64,000 nt of DNA, from the sequence record OP079919.1; one strand, written 5' to 3'. Numbering within the stretch: the stretch's first letter is position 1; every line of letters starts with the position of its first letter. The notes under the pieces were generated by a model, which saw nothing but the letters and a program-made list of their open reading frames with translations, made no database searches and was not told where the DNA came from. A program made the translations under genes and the position numbers. This document shows positions 27,474 to 36,370 of this stretch, piece by piece. This DNA is from Klebsiella phage KPN8.

Positions 27474-30439
27474 TCTGGAAGGGTATCGTCAACTTGGAAG
27501 TCGTCTTTCTTATTGCCGTCTTCTTCTGTCTCTGTTTCTTCCTCGGTTTGGGTTTCTTCTTCCTCGGAAGCGTCTGTTCCCGTCTCTTCTTCCTCAGTCG
27601 TTCCACCTTCCCCAGGCAAATCTTCCTCTATTGAGAAATCGTCGTCTGTCTGAGTTCCCTCTTCAGGGGTACCCTCATCAGCAGGTGGGGCGCCGAACTC
27701 ATCCGCCGGAGGCTGTTCCGCAGGCATAATCTTTTCCAAACGTTTAGTCAGTCGATCAGTCTCTTTATTCCAGACCTTCATGAACTGTTCTAAGAACATT
27801 CCACTGTTGTCTACGTACTGAGATATGTTGTGGATTAACGAATAGACCCCGCCCTCTTTACCCTTGTTACCGATAAGATCGAACGGCATAGGGAGGTTGA
27901 ATCGATCATAAAGTTCAATTAGATAAGTACTGCGAATAATGGATTTGACTTTCTCAATATCCAACCCGCCGCTACCATCAGTTTTGTTCATGATCTGTTC
28001 AATCAGACCGGAAGTCCCTGACATTTCAACCCACGAGTTTACAAACTGATTGACCGTATCGATTTTATCTTTCAGTTTGGTTACTGATTCCTGAGTAGCC
28101 GGAGTCGGTAAGGTCACGGTGAGGTTGTTGATAAAGTCAGCCAGGATAACTTCAACGATGTGCTCGTTAGTTCCCTCTATCTCTTCGCCGTTATCAGGTT
28201 TCCACAACGACTTATTCTCGTTAATGGTATCGACCAAACGATTCAACATAACCTGGTTAACTAACAGGTCCTTGCGTTCGATCTCAGCAACAAAGTCACC
28301 CAATACCTTCTGCCAAATCAACGTTTGGTTGCGAAGCATTTCCTGCTCGGCCAATGCCTCGACCTGGAAGTTGGTTCCTTCTTCTTTATCGTCCAACCAA
28401 GTACGTTGGAGTTTAAAAGTGGAGGCGATGTTGTTGAGGAGGTTCTGTCTGGAGGTTTCGTCGATAGCTTTGAAGTTACCGCGTTCAACCGGCTCCAGGG
28501 TTATCTTGGGTCCGACCATCCACGGGTTACCGTTACTATTAACCTCAACGATCAGGGATTGAGTCTTCATTGCTTCAACAATGTCGGGTACTGAAACAGT
28601 ACCGGAGTTTACCACGTTGTGAAGCGTTGGGTTTACCCTGAAGAACTGAGCCCTGGCCATAGCAATGGTTCCATCCGGATCAACGTCGTCTTCTTCCAGA
28701 TCAACCACTAAACGCTGACGAGTTTGAGCCTGATCCAAGTTAGCCAGAATGTCAGCGGTATCCAACGCCGCCAGGCGACCGATATGGAGTTTAGCCTGGT
28801 TGGTTAAAGAAGAACCAATACCAAAGCTATTGTAGTCAAACGCGACGTAGGTGAAGTACTCTGCCGGAATGTAAAGAACCCGAACACCCTGCTGTTTGAA
28901 AGAACGAGCCAGGAAGATCTTCAGGTTAGCTTCGACCAATTCAACAGAAATATTTTTCCCACTCACGCCGGAAGCAATAGCCTGGATAAGGGATTTTTCT
29001 ATTTGATCCTTCGATAACAGGGTGAATTCTGACATATCGAAGTCACAATCGGCACCTTGCTGAACTTTCTTCAGGTTAGCGATAAGTGCGTTGGTTCCAC
29101 TCGTTTTATTAGGTGTGTCGATCTTATCTTTCTGACCCTTAGTGGACTGATAGAAGTTAAAGTCTCTTGTGCTTTTTAAGAACTCACCGTTGGACGGGTC
29201 AAGCAAGGCGAACCCACCAATGAGCTTAGTTCTATCACCTTCCATATGAACAGGAATAAAGGCTTCACTCGGAATATGGTACCGTAAGGGAATGCCATAA
29301 ACTGAGGTGTCGTAAACCCCTGGACTGCGAACACTGATGGTTTGACGATGTGGGTAACTGCGGTGCGGATAAAACTCATTCTGAAGAACTTCCAGTTGGC
29401 TTTCCGACAAGATCTGAGTTTTAGTATCAGCGTTAGGCGTCCCGTTCTTACGTTTAGCCTTAGAGTCGTCAGGTTCTTTATTCGACTTCTTAGGATCTTC
29501 CTTTTTCTTATCCTTGGTCGCCGCAGTCTCTTCTTCGCCTTCCTCACCTTTTTTCTCTAGACGAGATTTAATAAGGGAAGCGAGATCTTCTGTCCCGCCG
29601 ATGTCGTTAACGATCTTCTTCGTTAAAACCTGATTCACGGAACGAAGAGCCAGAACCGCCGGGTTGTCTGTCAAGGTAATCCCGAACCCTTCGCCTTCAT
29701 CATTCTCGATCAATTCGAATTCAGTTGAGGCATCTGGGGCGGAGTGACTAAACAAAGCCTCTAGCCCGTGAACGACGTTATTGAGCTGCTTAGGACCCCT
29801 CACCAATCCTTTGTTGATGGCGAGAAACTTACCGTCCACATTTTTAAATTGCTTCTCAATCTCTGGTTTTATCTGAGTGTTAATGTAACTTTCGTTACCT
29901 GTCACTCCGTCTTCCCCAAACTGTTGACCGTTGATAAGGTGATCCAGCGCAGGTCTAGAGATGTTCAAAAGCACGTAGGACCCTGTGCCGAATAACCCGT
30001 CTTTGATGAACTCCGGTAACAACTTCTCGATTTTATAGTCGCTGGTATAGTAGGTTTCCGTCTTACGGAGCAACTCTTCATGCAGCTTAGTATTTTTAAA
30101 TTGAGACCGCAAAGTATCGTGAGTAAGGATCCTTTCCTGTAATCCGTTCGGGTAGAGGAGAAGCGTCTTCCAGATTAATTCCGCCCGCGAAACATAAGGT
30201 GTGATTTCCCTTAAGTCAGTTGCCGCATTGATATTGTTGGCAATGATATCGCTGATCTTTTTTAATTTGGAAGGTTGGACTTTACGTTCTTTCTCATCCG
30301 TATTTCTGGTATGATCTCTCTCGTCCCGAACGAGGTTCCGAACGACGCTTTTTAACGAGGGGCTGATATTGTTTAAATTACCCCTGAGTTTGGTTTGATC
30401 GAGGTAATCATATCCTCGGGTTGAACGCGTTCTATTCAT
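27470..30439 (-). CDS. large virion protein with Lys-rich internal segment and poly-acidic C-terminal tail (portal protein candidate, low confidence)
   Basis: 989 aa; C-terminus TEEEETGTDASEEEETQTEEETETEEDGNKKDDFQVDDTLPE; internal KKGEEGEEETAATKDKKKEDPKKSNKEPDDSKAKRK; no Walker motif. Confidence 0.75.
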   Translation of the reverse strand: MNRTRSTRGYDYLDQTKLRGNLNNISPSLKSVVRNLVRDERDHTRNTDEKERKVQPSKLKKISDIIANNINAATDLREITPYVSRAELIWKTLLLYPNGLQERILTHDTLRSQFKNTKLHEELLRKTETYYTSDYKIEKLLPEFIKDGLFGTGSYVLLNISRPALDHLINGQQFGEDGVTGNESYINTQIKPEIEKQFKNVDGKFLAINKGLVRGPKQLNNVVHGLEALFSHSAPDASTEFELIENDEGEGFGITLTDNPAVLALRSVNQVLTKKIVNDIGGTEDLASLIKSRLEKKGEEGEEETAATKDKKKEDPKKSNKEPDDSKAKRKNGTPNADTKTQILSESQLEVLQNEFYPHRSYPHRQTISVRSPGVYDTSVYGIPLRYHIPSEAFIPVHMEGDRTKLIGGFALLDPSNGEFLKSTRDFNFYQSTKGQKDKIDTPNKTSGTNALIANLKKVQQGADCDFDMSEFTLLSKDQIEKSLIQAIASGVSGKNISVELVEANLKIFLARSFKQQGVRVLYIPAEYFTYVAFDYNSFGIGSSLTNQAKLHIGRLAALDTADILANLDQAQTRQRLVVDLEEDDVDPDGTIAMARAQFFRVNPTLHNVVNSGTVSVPDIVEAMKTQSLIVEVNSNGNPWMVGPKITLEPVERGNFKAIDETSRQNLLNNIASTFKLQRTWLDDKEEGTNFQVEALAEQEMLRNQTLIWQKVLGDFVAEIERKDLLVNQVMLNRLVDTINENKSLWKPDNGEEIEGTNEHIVEVILADFINNLTVTLPTPATQESVTKLKDKIDTVNQFVNSWVEMSGTSGLIEQIMNKTDGSGGLDIEKVKSIIRSTYLIELYDRFNLPMPFDLIGNKGKEGGVYSLIHNISQYVDNSGMFLEQFMKVWNKETDRLTKRLEKIMPAEQPPADEFGAPPADEGTPEEGTQTDDDFSIEEDLPGEGGTTEEEETGTDASEEEETQTEEETETEEDGNKKDDFQVDDTLPE

Positions 30440-30464
30440 AAATGTAGACTCTTAGAGAAGACTC

Positions 30465-32552
30465 ATGGAAAATATTGATTTTAATGCGTATGTGGCGGAT
30501 ACGATAAGTTTGGTCAGAACCATGGTCGTCAAATGTGAAGCCATAGCGACTATAGATAACTCGTTGCTGACCTCCGCTGGTTACCCCGTCAGTGACGATA
30601 AACGCACTTGGCGGTACTACCTTAACTTAAACGGCCAATATCACGCTGCTGATGTAAAGATGTACGTGTCCTCACTGGATACGGGTGAAGAGATTCTTTT
30701 TAGTAAAGAATCCTTAGAGGAACACCTTATTACTAAAAAGGCGTATCTTTCTTCCGGTTATTGGTATAACCGATTGGTAACTGATTATCCCGCGCAACGA
30801 GAGCTAATAAATGGGATATTGGATCCTATCGCGTTAGATGACGCCATTGGAGCCAAGAACTATAAAATCCTTCGGTATAACGAAGACTTAGTTTTGTGGA
30901 ATGAAGATCAGGTTATTCCGAGACTCCAGGATTGGATTGACGCGTTCTGCCATCAGCATTTCGGGACAGAATACTTTTACACAGATAACTTAATGCTCCC
31001 AGTAGTATTGGCTACGCTGTACGGATTAATGCCAGGGGCGTTAATGACGATCCGTGAAGAGGCCATAGGAACGAGGTACGTCCACGACTTCCATATCTGG
31101 GGGCGGTTAAATTCCTACGGTGATTTCACTCAGTATAAAAATGTGCTGAATGGGGTTCAGACTCTTTGGCTTTATCGCAATATTGAATGGTTGGCGGATA
31201 ATGCCGGGAAGAACTACACACTCGGTTTGCTCATTCAAAATCTGCTGACGGTAAGAGGGATACCTATCGCTGAGTTCGAGGTAACCTACAATACTGAAAA
31301 TCAAATTGAAGATCTGTCTCCAACGGTCGCCTTCATTAAGAACAACTTAAACTTACTCGATCGATATACCGACAAGCACAAAATTTATACTGCGGAAGAA
31401 ATCATCGATAAAGAATCTCTTTTGGCTAAAGATAATCCGGCTCAACAAGAAATATATCTGGATGACATCAAAGCCAAGGGTAAGTTCGCGTTATTCTCCA
31501 GCATCCCGTCCAAGTTACTGGAATCGGAAATGGAGGACTATACCACTCGTCACGCTATTACGCTGATGAACTCCGCATATCACCATTGGGTTTATCTTGT
31601 TAAGAACGGTTATTACAACGCCGTGATTGACGTCCCTAACCCTAAAGAGGCGACTACCTTCAGATTGACTGTTAAAGAAGGCTTGATACTCTGGACGTAT
31701 CTGACCAGAAGGATACGTGGCGAGGATCTCTCTTTAATGGAAGGTGTTTTTTATCAGAACGTATTAAAGATCACCCCACCCACTTATTCCGAGTTAAGGG
31801 AAAAGGGTTCAAATTCCTTTTTATACGATTACCAGATAAAAGATGCCATCGAACTTCACGTCCCGTACGAAAAGATAATTTCTACTGATGCTTTTTATCA
31901 AAAAGCAAAAGAGAATTATTTGCTGGCTTGGAAATACCAAAAGTTCTACGCTCAGTACCACGATCAGTTCCGTCAAGCGGTAGTTAAAAACGTAACGGAC
32001 TCTTTCTTTGAGCGGGGCAAATGGGATATCAAAAGTGAAGTAACCTCTTTTGATACCTGGCTGGCTAACAAGGAATTGGATTTCTCTAATTATACTGACG
32101 ATGAGTTATTAGGGCTGGCTTGGGATACGTTCTCGTTAGCAACTGGCTGGGATAGTTCAAACGTAACGTTACGCACGCTGCAATCTAGTCTTATTAAACT
32201 GATGCTGGAACTTTCTAGTTACACCATCCACGTTTACACGACTATTGACGACGGTAATAATACTATTGAAGCAGGTTCCCGTATAGATTTGGGGATCCGT
32301 AAGGATTCCTTCACCTCTACTATGGATAGTAGGGCGGTTCTGCTTCCGGCTATGTTGCACGTCGTACCTAATATCGACATGAAGGGCAAAACAACATCCA
32401 TCGTTGATTTTAATACTTACGGTGGTGTTGACACGGGGTCTGTTGGCGAAGCCACGTTGCCTCTCGATCCCGAGTTAGTAGAGAATACAACAAGGAAATC
32501 CTCTTCCTACGGATTACTCCCCATGTTCTTTACACTCACTAACTCGGAATGA
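30465..32552 (+). CDS. hypothetical large protein, divergent from upstream gene with only a 25 bp gap
   Basis: 695 aa ORF; SD AGAGAAG. Confidence 0.8.
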   Translation: MENIDFNAYVADTISLVRTMVVKCEAIATIDNSLLTSAGYPVSDDKRTWRYYLNLNGQYHAADVKMYVSSLDTGEEILFSKESLEEHLITKKAYLSSGYWYNRLVTDYPAQRELINGILDPIALDDAIGAKNYKILRYNEDLVLWNEDQVIPRLQDWIDAFCHQHFGTEYFYTDNLMLPVVLATLYGLMPGALMTIREEAIGTRYVHDFHIWGRLNSYGDFTQYKNVLNGVQTLWLYRNIEWLADNAGKNYTLGLLIQNLLTVRGIPIAEFEVTYNTENQIEDLSPTVAFIKNNLNLLDRYTDKHKIYTAEEIIDKESLLAKDNPAQQEIYLDDIKAKGKFALFSSIPSKLLESEMEDYTTRHAITLMNSAYHHWVYLVKNGYYNAVIDVPNPKEATTFRLTVKEGLILWTYLTRRIRGEDLSLMEGVFYQNVLKITPPTYSELREKGSNSFLYDYQIKDAIELHVPYEKIISTDAFYQKAKENYLLAWKYQKFYAQYHDQFRQAVVKNVTDSFFERGKWDIKSEVTSFDTWLANKELDFSNYTDDELLGLAWDTFSLATGWDSSNVTLRTLQSSLIKLMLELSSYTIHVYTTIDDGNNTIEAGSRIDLGIRKDSFTSTMDSRAVLLPAMLHVVPNIDMKGKTTSIVDFNTYGGVDTGSVGEATLPLDPELVENTTRKSSSYGLLPMFFTLTNSE

Positions 32553-32558
32553 TAAAAA

Positions 32559-32966
32559 ATGACTAATACACAGCAATGGCCTATCAATCTCGTTAAAAAC
32601 GAATACTTCAAAGACAACGGAATACGTGGAGAAAGATTACAGCAACTCATCTCCTTTATTCCGTTAGGCAGGACAGAAGAAGGCAATTATCTTTATGAGG
32701 TCACCAAATCAGGAAGCTGTCCGAATACTGAACAGTGGGAATTAGAACGATACGATCTTTCTTTTATCTCAAGAAAACATCTGATAAGTGATAGCGAAAC
32801 CGTAAATCATTTGAACATGCTAATCCCTTTTATTAGTAAGGCGACGGGTTATCACTTATTACCGGGTGACATCGGTGGCGTGACCTTTCATAAAACATAC
32901 TGGATTATCGACGTAGCGAAAGACTCGTTGAGATTCACCGGCTCTTTCTCAATCATGAAGAAATAA
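32559..32966 (+). CDS. hypothetical protein
   Basis: 135 aa ORF. Confidence 0.65.
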   Translation: MTNTQQWPINLVKNEYFKDNGIRGERLQQLISFIPLGRTEEGNYLYEVTKSGSCPNTEQWELERYDLSFISRKHLISDSETVNHLNMLIPFISKATGYHLLPGDIGGVTFHKTYWIIDVAKDSLRFTGSFSIMKK

Positions 32967-32977
32967 GGATTTATTCA

Positions 32978-33883
32978 ATGGCAACTGACACTCAACAATC
33001 TTCCAACTCCAGACTGCCCAGTCAGATTGTTACCGCAACAGCATTTGGTGTGAAGATCGCGATCGCCGCTATTACCAAACAAAACGTGGAAGTCGAACAA
33101 TACACCACGCTCAACGAAATACATTCCGTCCTGGCCGATGAAAGTTTGGGTGTAAAAGCTGGTTCTGACTTTACCCTGAAGTATTATGGGTTAGGTGTTA
33201 AGGGTTCTCAATTCATTGGTAACGACGCCAACGGCATCGCCCGTATGTTGGTTAACCAACATCAGCCGATCGACTGTAACGCGTTCTATCCCATTCCGCT
33301 TGTCGTAAGAGAGCTCTCCGACGACCTCACCGCGGATCAACGTGCTAACTACCGTATGCGTGTTGTTTTTACTAAAGATAGCGTGACTTACGTCGCTTAC
33401 TATCTGCGGGTTATCAGTTTTGCGGCGTTCAGTCCGTCGATTGTAAAAATCACGAAGGATCCTACAACGGGTAACGAAGATCCTGATGTTTACGTTCCGA
33501 CCTCTGACTATCAGCACCCGACTCCGATCACGCCTAATAGCGACGGTACCGTTCCGCTTTCCAATCAGTATGTTTCGGCAACGGGTAAACTGGATCTCAG
33601 TATCGATGCTTCAGGTCTGGCTGAACTTCGCAACGCCTGTTCAATTATGTTCGGCGATGAGTCTTACGCCGCTCCAAACGAATATTACGTTTGCACCGGT
33701 ATCGATACCCCGAGCTCTGGTCAGACGTCCGGTTCCATTAATGTTTCCTATACAGAAGCTGTCAGCGCAATCATCGCTTACTTCATTACGGAAACTCATC
33801 CTCGTGATGCTAATGCGAACGGCGCAATTGAAATGTTCTTTGATATCGGAGCAAGTGCCCCGTTGTTGCTGGCTTCTAGCTAA
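32978..33883 (+). CDS. abundant virion protein (tail tube or other major tail component candidate)
   Basis: 301 aa; host-optimal codon usage; SD AAGGA. Confidence 0.7.
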   Translation: MATDTQQSSNSRLPSQIVTATAFGVKIAIAAITKQNVEVEQYTTLNEIHSVLADESLGVKAGSDFTLKYYGLGVKGSQFIGNDANGIARMLVNQHQPIDCNAFYPIPLVVRELSDDLTADQRANYRMRVVFTKDSVTYVAYYLRVISFAAFSPSIVKITKDPTTGNEDPDVYVPTSDYQHPTPITPNSDGTVPLSNQYVSATGKLDLSIDASGLAELRNACSIMFGDESYAAPNEYYVCTGIDTPSSGQTSGSINVSYTEAVSAIIAYFITETHPRDANANGAIEMFFDIGASAPLLLASS

Positions 33884-33894
33884 GGAGAAACATC

Positions 33895-34542
33895 ATGCTC
33901 TTTAAAGAGTTATCTCCTACCGGGGGTGTTCTTCAACTCCCTAAGCTGGTCGTTGGTAAGTTATCCACGGATTACTTTGAGACGATTACCGATTTCTATG
34001 AAGTCGTTCTGGATCAAAGTGTTTACAAAGTTTCCCAGGTTTATCTCGGCAGTGATGGCAAGCCCAAACTCGAACTCGTTCCCAATGAAATCAATGTGTT
34101 TAACGACATACTTTATTTCACTGGTAAAGGGGTAACAGGATTAACTTCACAGGATGCCGTTACCACTATCGCTAACCCCATGCAGACCGTCGCTGATGCG
34201 TTTTTGGATCAGTCCCCTGTTTGGGTGCCGGCTATAGAAGAGCTGAGTTTCTTTTCTAATATCGAACTCAATACCCCACGTGACATCTTCACCGTGACCG
34301 ATCAATATCCTCGTAAACTTGCTAATTTGTTGAGCGGGGGAAGGAATCACGTGAAGTGGGGTGTGGGGTCTTTGAACGAGTATTCCACCGCGGGATTCTC
34401 TTTACTGTATTACGGTGATGTGAGTAACGCACCATCGTCTTACGCTTATCCGCCTGCTGCTAAAACAATCGCTATTGTTTCGCTTAATTCAGGCAATAAC
34501 AAAGGAATGGTAATGCTGTGCTCGGACAAAAAGATCGAATAA
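33895..34542 (+). CDS. hypothetical protein
   Basis: 215 aa; SD AAGGAGA. Confidence 0.75.
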   Translation: MLFKELSPTGGVLQLPKLVVGKLSTDYFETITDFYEVVLDQSVYKVSQVYLGSDGKPKLELVPNEINVFNDILYFTGKGVTGLTSQDAVTTIANPMQTVADAFLDQSPVWVPAIEELSFFSNIELNTPRDIFTVTDQYPRKLANLLSGGRNHVKWGVGSLNEYSTAGFSLLYYGDVSNAPSSYAYPPAAKTIAIVSLNSGNNKGMVMLCSDKKIE

Positions 34543-35117
34543 GAGAAAAAACGATTATTCGGATTATCGGGACCGACCCCAGTACAACGCACATGGGTAA
34601 TGCCGTTATTGACGTCAACATTACGGAAACTCAAAAATTCCAATTACGTTACGTCAATACGGTTATCGGCGACAAGGTCGATTTTTACGAGAAGCTGAAC
34701 TACGCTGAGAGACCTGTTACCAAACGCACATTGGGGATGTCAAGATCGTATAAGGATCTCTTAGAGATCTTTGAGCCTGACATCGCCATTTGCGAGGATA
34801 ACTTCTTAGGGGCTTCTGCGGATACGTATAAACGATTAGTTGAAACCGTCTCTATGTTGCGCGATACTGTTAAAGAGCACAGTAAATCGCTGTTCTTTAT
34901 GAGCGTTCTCCCTAATCTTGCTAAGGCCATTGTTGGAGCCAATTTTAAAGGTACTCAAAAAGAAGACGTGCTGAAGGGTTTAAAGAACTATCCGCACCTA
35001 GATCTTAACGGTATCGATCTTGACACCCTCGATGACCACAGCGTTGACAGTATCGTTATCGCATTGTATCTTTGTGAAATGGTCGCAAAAGACTATAAGG
35101 TATTTCCTCATGACTGA
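34518..35117 (+). CDS. RuvC-family Holliday junction resolvase-like nuclease
   Basis: GTG start with AAGGAA SD; RIIGTDPSTTHMGNAVI (E. coli RuvC IILGIDPGSRVTGYGVI), DIAICEDNFLG (RuvC FAIEQVFMA), DDHSVDSIVIAL (RuvC DAADALAIAITH). Confidence 0.55.
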   Translation: MLGQKDRIREKTIIRIIGTDPSTTHMGNAVIDVNITETQKFQLRYVNTVIGDKVDFYEKLNYAERPVTKRTLGMSRSYKDLLEIFEPDIAICEDNFLGASADTYKRLVETVSMLRDTVKEHSKSLFFMSVLPNLAKAIVGANFKGTQKEDVLKGLKNYPHLDLNGIDLDTLDDHSVDSIVIALYLCEMVAKDYKVFPHD

Positions 35118-35514
35118 ACAAAAAGCACAGGGGGAAGAGGCCGCAGAAGAAGATCCGCTGCTCGAAGTTGAGCATCCTCAGGGATTAGAAGGAAAGGTAT
35201 TCGGTAAATGGACCGTAAGGCTGCGCAATATCTGTGGTGTTGTCGCTTGCCTTTCGGTTTGTTATAACGCCATTAATTATACCGATACCATAAAGAAAGC
35301 CGTTCTAGCAGGATATGGTTATCCTGACAGGACCAGCTTGGGGATCGTTTTTATCGGGCCGATCGTCATCGCTCTCGTTTTCATGAACGCCAGCAAAATT
35401 TTGCAGGTCATCATGAAGATCCCTAGCGTAGCCGAAAAACTACGAAAAGGGACGATCGGGATCCTGACTCGTCCTGGAGATAATCCGCCGCCTCCGCCAC
35501 CTCCACAAAACTAA
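35110..35514 (+). CDS. membrane protein with acidic N-terminus, two predicted TM helices and poly-Pro C-terminus (holin/antiholin candidate)
   Basis: ATG 35110 overlaps RuvC-like stop; TM LGIVFIGPIVIALVFM; convergent with spanin pair. Confidence 0.4.
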   Translation: MTEQKAQGEEAAEEDPLLEVEHPQGLEGKVFGKWTVRLRNICGVVACLSVCYNAINYTDTIKKAVLAGYGYPDRTSLGIVFIGPIVIALVFMNASKILQVIMKIPSVAEKLRKGTIGILTRPGDNPPPPPPPQN

Positions 35515-35520
35515 GAAAGT

Positions 35521-35566
35521 TATACTCCTCCTACCCTAGGGTAGGAGGAGTATATTTATTTTATTA
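35521..35566. terminator. bidirectional terminator formed by a perfect 34 nt palindrome
   Basis: TATACTCCTCCTACCCTAGGGTAGGAGGAGTATA (35521-35554) then TTTATTTTATTATTATTTTT. Confidence 0.7.
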
Positions 35567-36100
35567 TTATTTTTGCTCGGTAGTCGTCGAGGAAGTGACT
35601 TTTGTTACAACAGATTTAGTTGCTGCTTTGGCTTTGGTCATTAGGAATTTAGGATCAAAGACATTGACCGTTCCTGAAGCCTGATCGACAATTTGATCAA
35701 TGTTACCGAGTAGGCCCTTGATGGCAACTTGCGAAGCATAAACCAAATCGTTGGCGTTATCTAAATCCCTCGTAGTCGTAATAAGTTTTAAACGAGTGAG
35801 CTTGTAGCATCTAACATAGTCAGTATTCTGATCCAAGCAATCATTTGCCTTAAGCCATTCATCGAGTACGATGAGTTGACTAATAGGCTCTACCGGATTA
35901 TCAGAAACGAGTTCCTTTGGGACGGTATGGGCGGCTTCTTTCAATTGCTGAAGATTGATTCCCATGCTACTGACTTGAGCGGCTTGAGCCTCCACCTGAA
36001 GTTTGGTGTTGGCTTCGCTGACTGTGGTCTTGTGGCTGCACCCCGTCACTAAGATCATCAGCGCCGTAACGGCTAAGCATTTCATTATACGTTTTTTCAC
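35567..36100 (-). CDS. outer-membrane lipoprotein, o-spanin candidate (embedded/overlapping architecture)
   Basis: GTG start with GAGGT SD; lipobox LVTGC in MKKRIMKCLAVTALMILVTGCS; 5' end overlaps 3' end of upstream TM gene in a different frame. Confidence 0.5.
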   Translation of the reverse strand: MKKRIMKCLAVTALMILVTGCSHKTTVSEANTKLQVEAQAAQVSSMGINLQQLKEAAHTVPKELVSDNPVEPISQLIVLDEWLKANDCLDQNTDYVRCYKLTRLKLITTTRDLDNANDLVYASQVAIKGLLGNIDQIVDQASGTVNVFDPKFLMTKAKAATKSVVTKVTSSTTTEQK

Positions 36101-36359
36101 GATCTTGACCTCGACGATCTAACATAAGAGCAAGTTGAGCGTTAAGTTTAGTTTGGCTGGCTGTGGAGATTTCGATAGCCTCCCGTAAACTCTTCATTTG
36201 GTCAGTGATTTTTGCCATCTGACCCACGGTTTCTTGATCGACTGTATCCTTAGGGAAAAACCGATTAACCCCAAGAATAATCATGATGACCAATAATAAT
36301 AAAATAACGATCCCATCTTTAACTACACTTCCGACATTATCTTTAGTAATAACCGACAT
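35967..36359 (-). CDS. type II inner-membrane protein, i-spanin candidate
   Basis: SD AGAGG 9 nt upstream; N-terminal TM GIVILLLLVIMIILGV then periplasmic helical region (QMAKITDQMKSLREAIEISTASQTKLNAQLALM); 134 nt out-of-frame overlap with lipoprotein gene. Confidence 0.5.
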   Translation of the reverse strand: MSVITKDNVGSVVKDGIVILLLLVIMIILGVNRFFPKDTVDQETVGQMAKITDQMKSLREAIEISTASQTKLNAQLALMLDRRGQDREKTYNEMLSRYGADDLSDGVQPQDHSQRSQHQTSGGGSSRSSQ

Positions 36360-36370
36360 GACGAATACCT

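Noticed and set aside
27470-30439. Terminase large subunit assignment for the 989 aa protein
   Set aside because: No N-terminal Walker A/B ATPase and no C-terminal nuclease acidic triad are recognisable. Portal or another virion protein is more plausible.
30446-30464. Direct repeat AGACTC x2 in the 25 bp divergent gap
   Set aside because: It is too short to be meaningful and is probably coincidental overlap of two SD regions.
33486-33905. 139 aa alternative-frame ORF overlapping 3' half of 32978..33883
   Set aside because: It is nested in another frame of a highly expressed gene, with no SD and a Ser/Leu/Arg-rich composition.
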